Below are positions 1 through 12,464 of a stretch of 64,000 bases of DNA, one piece after another; the first letter of the stretch is position 1; every line of letters begins with the position of its first letter. A model generated the notes under the pieces. The model did no database searches. It was not told where the DNA came from and saw only the letters and a program-made list of their open reading frames with translations. Both the position numbers and the translations under genes were made by a program. The DNA comes from Antechinus flavipes (taxonomy: Eukaryota): contig NC_067400.1 in NCBI RefSeq assembly GCF_016432865.1, forward strand, positions 597,680,001 through 597,744,000. Reading direction: 5' to 3'.

Positions 1-1199
1 TAATGCATTTGTGTTTGTTCAGTGTCTGCTACATTTGGAATGTCAGGAAAATCTCACATTAAAGGATCTGCCCTATTTTGAAGAGATTGTAAAGGAAGCA
101 CTTGGCAGTTACTTCCTTTCACTTGTGAGAATGAGCATGCTTTACATTAGAATAGTTTAAAGATATAAGAGCTGCTGATAGGGGTATTATAATTTCCTTT
201 GGAACGTTAATAGGCCCTGACGATTTTAGGGGAAGATCAAGGTTTGATTTTTATTGTTAGAATTACTCAAATAATATACAAGTTAAAAGGGTAACCTGGG
301 TCTTCCTTTGTATTAAACTGGGTTTCCTGCCTACTCAAATGTTTGCTTTTTCTGGAAGTCAGTTATATCCAGCTTCTCCTAAATGTGGATTTTCATAATC
401 ATGTGTTTTTACTTCATGATAAAACACAAACCCCTGTGTTTTTGGTTGAAAATTCCTACAAATGTGGCATTTAATTTCATCTTAGCAAGTGTGTAATTTT
501 TATGGGAATGTGTATTTTTAAATTGCTAACTCCCAAAATAAAAGCACATAATTCCAGATGGAAGTACCTGGTCTTGAAGCAGAGAATTGCTAGATGGGTA
601 TAATTTTCTGCTTGTTGTATTTAATCTGGGAAATGATATTCTTTTTTGTTTTCAGTCTTTGTTTTCAATTTTTCATCTTCCTGATGCTTGGAATAAGGTA
701 TTTGTGTTTTGTTTTATTTATTTATTTTTAATAGAAAGGGAAATGTTTAACCTCTCTTACTAGGTGCTAAGTAGTAGGGGAAACAAATCAGAAGAAAAAA
801 ATAATAGCTAAGTTAATGTTTCTGATTTGTAGACCTTATATTATTTGCTGAAATATCTGGCCTGGCTTTTGTTTTGATTTCTTGCTGTGAAGATTCCTGC
901 TGTGTTTTTGAGTTAAGTCTTTTTTCACAACTTGCTTCCTAGCAACTTGGCTAGATCCTACAACTGAATGTGCATTACATTTAGTAAAATATCTAAGTGC
1001 ATAAGAGATCTCATCTTAAATATCCTGCCAGGTCCCTCACTTCTTCATCTCATTCACATATATGACGCTCTTTGTCATTTTATCTACAATTCTTCCACTG
1101 AATGAGAGACCTTTCTATTCTTCCCCCTCCCCCCCTTTTATTTTGTCCTTTAAAAGTACAAATGTCTTTGGAATGGTACAGCTACATTTTCCCAATTTG

Positions 1200-1320
1200 A
1201 TCACTTGTAAATTTTGAGCTGTAAGAGGAAATGTTATTAAATATTCAAAGCATATTCCTATTATTTCTGAGTTTAACACAGTGTTTGGCACATAAGTGCT
1301 TAATAAATGCTCATTGTTTT
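1200..1320 (+). mobile_element. L2 LINE 3' end remnant
   Basis: cacagtgtttggcacataagtgcttaataaatgct resembles the L2/MIR 3' terminus. Boundaries approximate. Confidence 0.6.
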
Positions 1321-1814
1321 ACTTGTAAGGCTTTTCTCCCTCCCTTTCTTCCCTCCATTCTTGTAATCCTTTTTTTTTTTTTAATCTTTGTATTTTTGAT
1401 TGAGTTATATATTTTGAAATATTTGTGTAGATAGGGCAATGGATGAATCCTAAATAACCCTACAAGTTTGTAGTGGGTACTCATGTAGTGATGGTGTCAG
1501 TTTAACTCTTCCTTAAAATGGAGAAGTTGACTCCATTGTATGGGAAATTACAAGCTGGGACCTTGTAGTTTTCCAATAAATGTTTTAACAAAATTGCTAC
1601 TTTTGTTAGTAATGAAGAAACAAAAACAACAAAGCTGATTATGTGTATTTAAGTGTTTACTAATACTCTACAGGTTTTTTTTTTAAGATTAGAGTAAAAA
1701 TATATCATTTTAAAAAATATTGGTTCTACCTGACATAATAAATTATTTTTTATGCATAAAGGAACTATGAATTTTGAACATGATACTTAATTTTTATGTA
1801 TACTTTGGGAATTT

Positions 1815-2035
1815 GGGATAGCCAGATTGCATAGGGACAGGTACTGGAATGAGGAAAACTCATCTTAGTGAGTTCTAATCCAACCTCAGACATTGACTAG
1901 CTGTGTGACCTTGGGCAACTTTCTTCACCTATAAAATTAGTAGGAGAAGGAAATGATAAGCCGCTCCAGTATCTTTGATGAGAACACTCCAAATGGGGTT
2001 ATGACAAATTGGACATGATTGAATAGCAATAATAG
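1815..2035 (+). mobile_element. MAR1-like CORE-SINE (RTE-derived tail)
   Basis: tRNA-like head, CORE (cctcagacattgactagctgtgtgaccttgggcaa) and RTE-type tail (gagaaggaaatgataagccgctccagtatctttg). Confidence 0.75.
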
Positions 2036-5000
2036 AGAGGGATTATAAATACTTGGGAAAGGAAGTAAACTAGTCCAGCATCCTCATTTAACAGATAAAA
2101 AAACAAAAGATCAGAAAGTTATTGGGAGGTTTGTGGTATAGTAGAAAAACTACCTGGGACTGAGTCTAGAGATATTTGGGTACAAGTTTGTACCAGCTGT
2201 ATGACAATGGACCATATTTAACCATTTGAGTCCAATTATGTTAACTATAAGAGCGGGTTAAGGTGTGTAGAATCTGCCTCACAGAGTATGAATATCTAGT
2301 GGAGTAATATTTGAAAGTCTTGAAATGCTTTCTTTTTAAAAAGTAGTTCTAATTTGTCCAAATTAATGCTGTTCATCTGCTAGCAGATTTTACCAGTGAG
2401 TAATTTGCTCTTTTAAAAATGAAGGATTTAGACTAAATGATCATGAAGACTTTTCCAGCTCTAAATAATGTGTTCTTTTCATTATCCTTTGTTGTCTCTT
2501 ATCTCAGGCTTTGTATGGATACTGTTTGTAGTGTTGATACAGGTTAATCTGTTGTAATTGTGATTTCTAATGTATTCTTTGGCCCTTTTAAAAAGAGTCA
2601 TAATTTAGAAATTGGTACCCTTTGTTGAGATTGAATTTATTTATTATTAATGTTTTTTCCCAAGTATTAAAATGGAAAATATTTACTATCTGTTGTCCAC
2701 TTAATGCTCTTTTTCCCCCAATACTGCGACACTTATTTTTCTCTCAGATTTGGGAATCCTACAACTTGTTATTATCATACTATTATGGTTTGTTGTATAA
2801 GTCTTATTCAAGAAGTAATCAACAAAATCATCATTGTAAATTTTGTATTGGTACTTTCAATGTAATGAGTAGTTTCTCTCTTCATTTTTTCCATACAATC
2901 TGTGAATTTTCCCCTTGTCTCCAGTTCTCTTACAGATTTGTATTTGGAATGACTCTGTGTATAAGGATTGACTTAGGTTCCATATAGGATCAACGTAGTT
3001 TTGATCAAGAAGGGATGATACATTTTACAGGGAAAATATGACATGTAAGCAGATAAGCTACAAAAATGGCAACAGAAAGAGGAGCAAAATACTCTTATTT
3101 ACAAAGAAAAACTTTGTAAAGTTGTGAATACTGAATATGAAAAATATGATGTGACAATCTAAATGATTGACAATAAAATTATTTTGAAAAATTCATATTA
3201 TGTGGATTTAACTTATAATTTACCTTACTTCTTAGAATTTGTAGTTTTTGAATATAAGAATTAAAGGACTTATTTTATTTTTAAAAAGTCTATAGACTGA
3301 ATTTTACCCAGAAGGAATTGCTGAAGGATATTTTGGCATGATTATAATATGGTAATTTTTACCTGTAAGTATTTGATTACTCTTCTTCATGTCATTTTAG
3401 GGAATTCTTACCTTCATTTTAAAGACTTACTCATTAGTAGTTTAACTTAGTGGTTTTTTAATATAGATATACATTTAGAAATCTGTATTTATGTAACATA
3501 CACATTTATTAGAAATATTTTTGGAGACTTGTAAAATGTACCAATCTAGTTCTAGATATGAAAGAAGTTAAGAAGCAGTAAATACTTTGGATTTTAGAAA
3601 TGGCTGATAGAATACAAGATTAAGATTGATCTGAAGAATAGATTCCTTTGCCTAGGTGGAGAAATCCAAATGCTCAGCAAAAATCTGTAGCCATTTTTAG
3701 ACATTTAAAATGCCTGAAATTCAACAATTTTAGTCCTTTGTCTAGGTAATATTCATTAGCACTTGTGCTTTACTGAAATGTTTCAAGAAACCAAAATTAC
3801 CTCCACATCCCATTGAGAAATCATCAATGTAGGATTTTGGTGGAGTCATCAATTTTATAAGTAAATTTTTTTTCTATCCTAAAAATGAATCTTAACCATA
3901 ATGGGAAGGCTTTAAGTACCACTTACCAACACAAAGTCATTCAAATACCTGCCTAACTATATTCAGTTGTTTAATCACCAGATTACTCTCAGGCATGGAC
4001 AGATTGTAATCCATGCAGATACAGCACCAGTGATGATGGAAAATTACACATCAATTGAAGCTAAATTTCAAACTGAAAATAGAAAATATTTATTATGACC
4101 CTAACTTCATAAAGATTATTTTTTCAATTTATGCAGAGTTAAAAAATAAAGTCCGAGTATTACTTCAGTATAGCATATAGGTAAGATCTGTTGTGATGAG
4201 TTGGTGAAAGAAGTTGATCTGATTAATGTTCCTGCTGCATATTCTGTTAGAGAAAAACAGATTAGCATCATTTGTAAATAGCAGTTGTTGACTGTCTCTG
4301 AGCAAAGTATAATAATATCAAGACTCTTTTGGTTTGTTCCGTCAGTTTGCTCAATGGGTTTTCTCTGGAAAGATTTGAACTGTTTTTCCTCTGGCATTCT
4401 GACAGTTTTGAAATTTTAATGAACCCTATCTGGAGTCTCTCTGGGTAAGTGTTATTTGCCCTTTGATGTAAAGCTGTCTTCCCTTGCCCTTCAGCCCCAC
4501 TCCCTTCCTGAGGGAGGAGTGGTCTGCTTCTTTTGGCTGCAGCCTGTGAGAGAGGGAAAGCACAATCTTCCTCACTTTGTTCTTTCTTCAGGAATTAAAG
4601 AGCAAAGCTATTAAGTAAAAAAGAAAAAAAAAAAGATTATTCTGGGTTATGGGACAGCTTATTACATTGAATCTCACTCTCTTAGGATTCTGGCAAATTT
4701 TAGATTCCAGGGTTGTAGCACTAGTGTTACTTTAACTAGATTTTTTTTTAAAACTTAATTATAATTGTTGGGACAAAGTCAGATGTCAGTTCACTTGGCT
4801 GCAAGCTTAGGCCTGTAGAATACTGAGTGCTTTGCTTGTAACTGCATCCGTTGTCTCCTTTCATTATCTGTTAATGGTACTCAACATGACAGGGTTGTTT
4901 TGATAAATGGAGTTTTTTGTGAATCCTGGAACTGGATTTCTTTTGGATTGGAGTTGAAGACAACAGGGAGATATATGCACAGGTCAGAGACATAATGTCT

Positions 5001-6662
5001 GAAATAATCTATGCATTGATGAATCAGTTGTATTATTACTGTTAAGAAATAGCTAATTGATACTACATTTCTAAGCCAAGATTTACTTTTAGTACTTATT
5101 TTTATTGTCTGATGTATTTGTATAAAACACATTAGTATGTTCTAATAATCGCTTTTTCTAATAAGCAGATCTTTTTATACTCCCACCAGGGTGTTGAGGA
5201 GCTATTACATTATTTGAGTAACAACTGGCTGGAATACTTCAGTTCAAGAGAGCGTAGGTTTTGCAACTAGTGAAGATAGGGGAAAATTTTATATTTAGAC
5301 AGGAAGAAATTGAAAAAGGGAAAGAATTGAGTGTTAAAAGTTGAAGATACTTTTCCTCTCTCCATTCTTATAAAAGGGTTTAGTAAGATTTTGCTTGTTA
5401 GAAAATCCTCAAAAGAAAAATATCTGTTCATCTGTACCTGCTTGATGCTGTGTGGAGTGTGAATGCACAGCAGCTCAGGAACAAAATTCAGTCTGCAGTT
5501 TTTAAGATGTTATTGACAAGTTGCTTAATTTGCAGGCTGTGAAGAATTTATCTCTAATAAAAGGTTGGTCTACTCACCTCATTAACTTTTTCTTTAAAAG
5601 ACAAACTAATTTGTATAATGTACTGAATAAAGCTGGTCAGGGAGTCCTGTGGATTTTCATATACATATATTGGTGCCACAGCCTATAGAATAAGAGTAAA
5701 TATTTTTCCTCCTTTTCAACCTCAACATATTTTCCAGAGATGAGAGGTTTGTTGAATGTATACCATTTTAATTTGGACACTAATATTACTTTTCTCACTA
5801 GCACTCCTTAATCTGGGATGGATCTAGATTTCTTAGGTAGATTGAAGGGGAGGCGAAAGGTGCCTTTTGTGGTTCTGTTGTGTTTCATGATTTAGTGAAT
5901 TGGTAAACGGGACACATGGTTGGGCAAATACAGGGGCTGTAGTTTGACTTTGGGAGTGATTTCATCTCTGACAGTTACTGTCACAAAGCCACTTGGATAT
6001 TAAGTTTATTTTCAGAGAGCACATTCCCCTCAGGTTATTCTCTTATTGAGATGTTTAATGTACAATGGGTTTTGCAGCAGAGCCAGACTTGCACTATATA
6101 ACACTGTATACTACCTTCAATTTGTATTGATCACAGAAGCCTTTTCAGGGTGGCCAACGGCTTTTTACTTCATCAGCTATCTGTATATTTGTTGGGTTAG
6201 TAGTTTTAGGTAGATGTTTCTATCCAGTGTGGCATAACTTGAATTTTCTTTAAAGTTGAGGATAATATGAATGTACTAAAAATAAGCTGGGAACAACAAA
6301 AGTATGTCAATTTCCTCCCAGTTTGTTGGGAGCCCTTGGGTTTTATTCTAAGTTGATTTGTTTTGTTACCTTGGGCAAATTATTCCTTAATCCCTATGGA
6401 TGTTTCAGAAAATATGGGAACCTAATAATTCTGGGTTGTTGAAAGATTTAATATTTCTAAAAATCCCTTTCAGATTCTCTTGAAATGGCTGGTCTGAAAA
6501 TTAAAGGTAGTGTTAGTGACACCTGAAGTTTGTCATTGGAATTTGATAACCAGAAACTTTCCGGCTTATTGTGAGTCTTCATTGAGTCTCTTTATTGTTT
6601 AGGATACACAGTTCAATATAATCCAGTATGCTAGTCTCTGTCTTGTGATAACTTTTAAAAAT

Positions 6663-6673
6663 AAATGGCGGTG
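6663..6673 (+). promoter_or_regulatory. YY1-like motif AAATGGCGGTG
   Basis: Contains the ATGGCGG core of the YY1 consensus, with a retained CpG outside the island. Confidence 0.35.
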
Positions 6674-7169
6674 TTACTATCAAGGGATGAACTGCACAAA
6701 TTTAGTTTAAAAATAAATTATTAATAGAATCTTATCAGTTTTTCCATTGTTGGTAGGGAGAAAACTAATTTGAAATTGACAGTTGTTAATTTGATTTAGA
6801 TAGAAATAAAATGAATTAGTGAAGGAGCCTGTAATTTGGTAGCCAATGCATGTATATGCTCTTTTAAAGCCACATGCTAAGGAATGCGTTTTCTCATTAG
6901 ACGAATTTCCATCAAACCCAATTTAAGCAGTGCCTTCCATAGCAGATGGATCTTTATTCTGTCGTGGATAAGGAGTGGGAGAGGAAGATTTTTAACAAAA
7001 TGGCTTTCACGGTATTGGAAAATTGCAACCCAAATTGGGGCCAGAGCCTTGAAATGAAGAAACACATCTTTCTCTTGTGCATCTTTAGAACAAATGCTTT
7101 GTGTGTCTTTTCCTATTACTATTATTTTTTCATCAGCATTTGTAAGACGTCAGTGGGTGGTTTACATTA

Positions 7170-8110
7170 ATATTCCTGGCGGCGGCGGCAGCAGCAGCAG
7201 CTCTAGCTCTAGGATGTGTGAACTGCTGATCACTCTCGGGGATGCGCTGCCTCTTTAATATCTTGCTTGCAGATGCATTTTCTAGCTGACCACGCTATTA
7301 AGAGCTGCCATCAATCACGCAGCCTCCTGGTTCCGGCTGCTCTGGAGGGGGAGGGCGAGAGGACTGGAGAGAAGGGAATCTAGAGAAAGAAGGGGATAAA
7401 GCAACAGCGGGAGGAAGCGTAGTGTGAGTGCCTGGCCAGCGAGGGAGGGGGAAAGGGGGAGTAAAGAAACAGAGGGGAAGGGGGAGGGAGGAGGAGGAGA
7501 AGGAGGCGGGGAGGATCTAGCCCAGCCCCGGCAAGGCGAGCTTGGCGAGTGTGGCTCCCCGGGCTCCACGCCGGGTTTTCCTCACTGCCGCCTCCTGTCT
7601 CTCGGAGGCTGTTCTTTCTCTCCTCTGGTGTCTGGGTAAAAGACAAGAGCCTGGGTCACAGGCATGTGGAACTGTCTGCCCCGCAGCTGAGGCTGGAGTG
7701 AGCCGAGCCGCCGCGGCCGCCGCTGTCTGTGTTGGGGCTGCTGCAAGTAGCCGCAGTGGCCGCGGAACGGGCTCCTGGCCGCGCGGGGGGACCCCAGCAG
7801 CCCAGGCCACTTCTGGCGAGCTCTGCACCCGGCCGAGCGCCGCCGGGAGGGAGGCTCCAAAGCGGGCAATGCTCTTCACTTCCCGGCCGGCCCCGGAGCA
7901 GCGCCGCGCCGCCGAGAAACTGAGGGGGCCTCCTTTTGTTTAGCAAGTGCATCTCCTTCCCCTCCCCCCTCTTCTCCTGCCCTGCTCCTTCCTCCTCTCC
8001 CCACCTTCCTGCTTTCTTCTCATCCCTTGCTTGGGGGCCCCGACTTGGTGTAGGGTCCCCTATGAGGTTGGAGGCAGCCCTGCAGCCCTGCTGCTGGCTC
8101 CGGAGGAGGA
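7170..8110 (+). promoter_or_regulatory. CpG island / probable promoter with alternative first exons of an unidentified host gene
   Basis: Only dense CpG/GC-rich segment in an otherwise CpG-depleted window. Contains a CRE-like GACGTCA (7146-7152), a PBX-type CCATCAATCA (7308-7317) and ETS-like ACTTCCCGG (near 7878). + strand donor-like motifs: GTGAGT at 7424, GTGAGC at 7698, CAG|GCAAGT at 8164, GTGAGT at 8383. Gene identity not recognised. Confidence 0.8.
7178..7201 (+). repeat. (GGC)4(AGC)4 compound trinucleotide repeat
   Basis: ggcggcggcggcagcagcagcagc read directly at the 5' edge of the island. Confidence 0.95.
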
Positions 8111-8123
8111 GGAGGAGGAGGAG
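8102..8123 (+). repeat. (GGA)7 trinucleotide repeat
   Basis: Read directly; lies about 40 nt upstream of the GC-type donor at 8164. Confidence 0.95.
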
Positions 8124-9207
8124 TTCTGCTGGGGTCAGCTTGTAACAGCTGCTGAGACTGCAGGCAAGTGGCGTTGGCCCATTCCCTGCCAAGAACTGGC
8201 AAGATTAAAACCCAAGGCAGGCAAAGGGGGTGAAGTGAGGGCCATGCAAGTGGTCAGAGACTGTGCCAGGAAGAATTGGGGCAGGAACCTTGGCACGAAT
8301 TCACTCAGGGATTGTGAATGAGAGGAGTTGTTTAGGAAGGGGTGGGAAAGATTTCCCGTCGTAGGCCGGGAAGTCAGAATAAGTGAGTTATAGTGAATTT
8401 GGAGGTTTTCAAGAGTCTGGGATTTATATCTTGCCATAGACTTTTTGATCTGTAATGCTCAAAAGTTGCTTATACCTAGTTTCTAAAGAGTGCAGTGTTG
8501 AAGTTGACCTCTTAACATGTTATTGAAGGATCAAATATGGAAGTGTCTTTCCAGGAATAGGCAGTAAGTAAACTGCCTATTGTATATCCACTGAAATACT
8601 TTTGATTTTATTTTATTTTTTTTAATTGCTGAAGCCTCAGAAATCCAACATACAGTAACCAAAATCATTTGGACAGAGAAAATACTCTACTGTGTATTTT
8701 ATTTTTAACTCTAAGCAAGAAAAGTTGGCTTGTGTTGATGAGCTGAGACTGTGGTTACCTCAGCACCACTTCTCACCTAGCCTGATATTAGTTTAAAAAT
8801 TTTTTTTTTTAAATTTACTTCTGTCCGTTTGCTAAATATTCTTTTAAAACACTTTGGTGTTATTTCGTTTAGAAATGTAATTTACGTTTCCAGTTTAATC
8901 TGGATGCCTTTTACTACAGTAGCTAAAGTGCAGGAATATCCTAGAGGGAGAATCTTTTAAGTTTTAATTGGTACAATACTTTGATGGCTTAAAAAAATGT
9001 TTACTCAAATCTTGTTCTCAGCTGAAATGACTGGAGACCTGCTTGACCACTTTTCTGTTTGTTGAGAAAGAAACCAGCTTCACTTTGTTTTACAATCAGC
9101 TTTTAGGCTTCTCCTAAGCACATGTGGCACTGCTCTCCATGGGGCATTGTTTGGCTAGAAGGCCTTCTTTCAGCCATATGGAAATTTTTTTTAATGGCAT
9201 GTGAATG

Positions 9208-9219
9208 AAAATGGCGGTG
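9208..9219 (+). promoter_or_regulatory. YY1-like motif AAAATGGCGGTG
   Basis: Matches AANATGGCGG; located just downstream of the island, a typical YY1 position. Confidence 0.45.
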
Positions 9220-10085
9220 CACAAGGAGACTAATTTTTCCCCTTGTAATTGTGGTTTTTTTAGGGGGAGGGTTTATTAGTTCTAGGCTTAGAAAATAATT
9301 AAAAGTTGAGGGCAGAGGTGTCAAAGTCTCAAAATCTGTTGCTGAAATGTAAACATTGGGTTCTGGAAATTTTTGCTTGGAACTTGTATTTAAAGTAAAT
9401 ACTATTTAAAATCTACAGTGTGCAATAGTATCTATATGCAAAGCAGTTGATCTCTAGGCAGTTTTCTAGTTATCATCAACTCAACGTTTTTATTTGTGGG
9501 TCATATTTGGGTGCTTTCAGGAAAGAACCTTTTTGAATATTGCCATTTCTTAGTAAAATAATATAAGGCAGACATTTTAGATGCTTAACCGCAAGTTCAG
9601 AATTGTGTGGGAGCAACATTTAGAAGCATTTTTTCCCCCTACCCTCTAATTTAGTTGTGTTTAAACTGTTTTATAAAGATCTCAGGGACCAGTGAAAGGT
9701 GGTTTTGAGTCCAGAGTACTTGAATGCTTATTGTACTCTGGCTGGGCCTGGTGCTTGGCAGGCAATGCTTGAAATGTTATTTGATCTGGCTGTACGATAG
9801 AATTGACTAGGATTACACCATTTCTTTCCCTGTGGCTGTTGAAAGTGATGCATCAGCGAGTGCTGTTCAGTAACATATTTAAAGACTAACTGCATGCATA
9901 CACTCTAAGCAGGTTTCCAGAGGAAGGCTGCTTAGATTTTTTTTCTTATATTGTGGTTTTACATTTATGAATTGAGGCAAAAGCTGACAGAATGTATCTG
10001 AGCCACTTCCTTTGTGTGTGTATGTGTGTGTGTTGAGTATTTATATTTTATGGTTTGTAGTGAGTTCCAATTTTAAACATGTGTT

Positions 10086-10097
10086 TGCGCGTGCGCA
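10086..10097. promoter_or_regulatory. NRF1-like motif TGCGCGTGCGCA
   Basis: One mismatch to TGCGCATGCGCA with CpGs retained in CpG-poor DNA; could also be degenerate TG/CG microsatellite. Confidence 0.3.
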
Positions 10098-12049
10098 AGT
10101 ATATCTATGTGTATGTGGTGTTTATATTTTATGGTTTGTGGGAAATTCCACTTTGAGCATTTGTGATTATTTGTCTATGCTTGCACCGTATGCATTATAC
10201 ATTTTAAAATATTTTTTTCTAGGTGTCTTCATTGATATGGTATTTTCTCATAATGTATAGTTTGGGAATGGCAGAGCAGTGCATGTGAAGGAGGTCAGAA
10301 CTCCTTAAATTTGTCATTAAGATTCAGTAAAATACTTCTGTTTGCTTGTGTGTTATCCTTGTATTTTAAGTAATGTGACTGTGTACAACTGTTGGGATTA
10401 TTTTTGTATTGGGCTTCTTTCTTCATTGTAACTTTATTCAATACTGAAAGGTTTATGAAAATGCTAAGTTCATTTAATCTTTCTTCATTACTCTGCTTGC
10501 CTGGTTTTCATGTGATAGAAAAAAGCATGCTTTTGTATACTCATGTCAGTATTTAATTTGTAAGGGGTTTTATTTATGGTTTTGAAAGGAAAAAGGGAAA
10601 CCAAGTAATTTATTAATAGACTTTGCACAAGCCAGTTTGTTTTAAGGTCAAAGGGTTTTACTAGCTATTGTGTAGTTTAACATTAGGCAAAGAAATCAAC
10701 CATTTTATAATGACCTAGGAGGTCATTTCTTTTGCTATGTCCAATATGATAAAATTGATTAATTTTCTCTGTCTCTGTCACTGTCTCTGTCTTTTTTATT
10801 ACTTTGTATAGACACCTTAACTTTGTTTAAACTCAAACCACACAAGTGTTGAACTTTAATTTCTCTCTACTCCCTCTAACTCTCTTCCAATTCCATGACT
10901 TAAAGAATCTTTCTTTAATAGTGCTTAATAATATGTCTTGGAAAATTTTTTTGGTATATTTATATTACCTTTATAATCGACTTTAACTTTGTAAAAGTAA
11001 ATTTCCTGGTTCCATACTGAACAGGATTATCTCTTCTGTCTACCATTCTACTTGTCCATTCTATCCTATCCTGTCTGTCTATCATTCTTGAATATAGTAC
11101 CATGACTGAGCCAGACTGTCATAAATCATAAAATACATCAACAAAGACCTTTCCTAGTCCTTAAATGGTCTGCTCATTCTTCACACAACTATTTTTGTAT
11201 TGGGAAGAGTATTCTTTAAGCTTTTGAGAGACCTAGTAGTTGTTGACAATATTATGTAGACTTGCATTTTTTAAAAGGAGCAGGAGACATAAAAGCAAAC
11301 ATGCATGAAATTTGTTTATGCATATGGCTAATGTGCTGCCTTTATCTGAAACTCAATTAACTGATTGAAAGAGCAGGGTCAAGATGGCAGGAGGAAAAGA
11401 TTGGATGGTGGGACAGTTTTGTATATTAATTTTTTGGAGAAGTGACAAAGCATATTTAAGAGAGTAGGTTATTTTCTAGAAAATGTGACTTATAATGAAA
11501 CATTGTAAAACTGACTTGCTTTATAATATATTGCTAATGTAATTAATATATCTTGTATCAGAGACATTGTTTAAAATTTGAAATATACAGAAGGAAAGTT
11601 CCCATTTCATAAATGAGTTTTATTTCTAAATTCATTTAAATTGAGAGATATTTCTTTGTAGTGACTAGGTTCCCTTACAAACTTGTAAAATTTATTTTTA
11701 GTCAAGTAATAAGTGAAATACTCGTCTTATAGTGAAAAATAATATTGTTGAAATTCTGGTAAATACTAAGTTAAAAATGGAATAGTTTTTTTAATCTTGA
11801 ATTGTTATGTAAAAATAGGCAAATGAAGACTTCTAAATGTTGAAGAGGACTTTAGAGATTAATACTATTATTTAATGTCTAATTTCTCTTTAGACTTAAG
11901 TTTTCCCCCTCCTGATAATAGATATATCATTAGTAATATTTTTTATATTTGTCAGCTACGATTATACATTATTTGGCACATAGAAAGTTTGGATGAAGGA
12001 AGAGTGGATAAGGATAATATTTGGGAAAAAATACAAATTAATCAGCAGT

Positions 12050-12280
12050 TAATTGTTATTTAGTCCTTCAATTGTGTTTGCTCTCTGTGATCACATGCAT
12101 ATAGTCCATGGGGTTTTCTTGGCAAAGATACTAAAGTGTTTAGACACTTCAATCTTTTGCCAGTGGATTAAGTTAAGAGATTGTTAGTTGCCCAGAGAAA
12201 AAAAGTGTTTTAGGCTGGATTTGAATTTATGTCTTACTGATTCCAGGTCCAATGCTCTATCCATAGACCACCTAGCTGGT
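12050..12280 (-). mobile_element. MAR1-like CORE-SINE
   Basis: Reverse-complement tail (ggggttttcttggcaaagatactaaagtg) and head (gctctatccatagaccacctagctg). Confidence 0.65.
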
Positions 12281-12319
12281 ACTAGCAGTGGGTAAGCATT
12301 TATTAATAAATAATTGACA

Positions 12320-12464
12320 GGGGCAGCTAAATGGTGCATTGGATAGAGCACCGACCTGAAGTCAGGAAAACCTGAATTCAACTCTGGCCTTAACTGATGC
12401 TGGGCAATTCATTTAACCCCAGTTGTCTTGCAATAATAATAATAATGCAAAAAAAAAAAAAAAA
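12320..12464 (+). mobile_element. WSINE1-like tRNA/CORE SINE with A-tail
   Basis: ggggcagctaaatggtgcattggatagagcacc head (A box), ctgaattcaa (B box-like), A-rich tail. Confidence 0.8.

Noticed and set aside
783-830. 11-bp hairpin acaaatcagaa/ttctgatttgt; similar short stems at 9711-9741, about 14016-14034 and about 29456-29478
   Set aside because: Stems too short for pre-miRNA and within chance expectation for 64 kb of AT-rich DNA.
4030-4076. C/D snoRNA (GTGATGA...CTGA)
   Set aside because: Only about 47 nt, with no terminal stem; such boxes are frequent by chance.
2622-5132. ORFs of 83-121 aa (2622-2987, 4116-4397, 4881-5132) and other short ORFs across the window as host, viral (EVE) or NUMT genes
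   Set aside because: Many start at TTG/GTG, are rich in F/L/I/Y as in random AT-rich DNA, and show no filovirus, bornavirus, parvovirus, retroviral or mitochondrial motif I recognise. A tBLASTx search would be decisive.
7315-8437. Cluster of about 13 overlapping ORFs (60-178 aa) on both strands in the CpG island
   Set aside because: Expected from GC-rich, stop-poor DNA; low-complexity Ala/Gly/Pro/Arg/Leu translations with no recognisable domain or known N-terminus.
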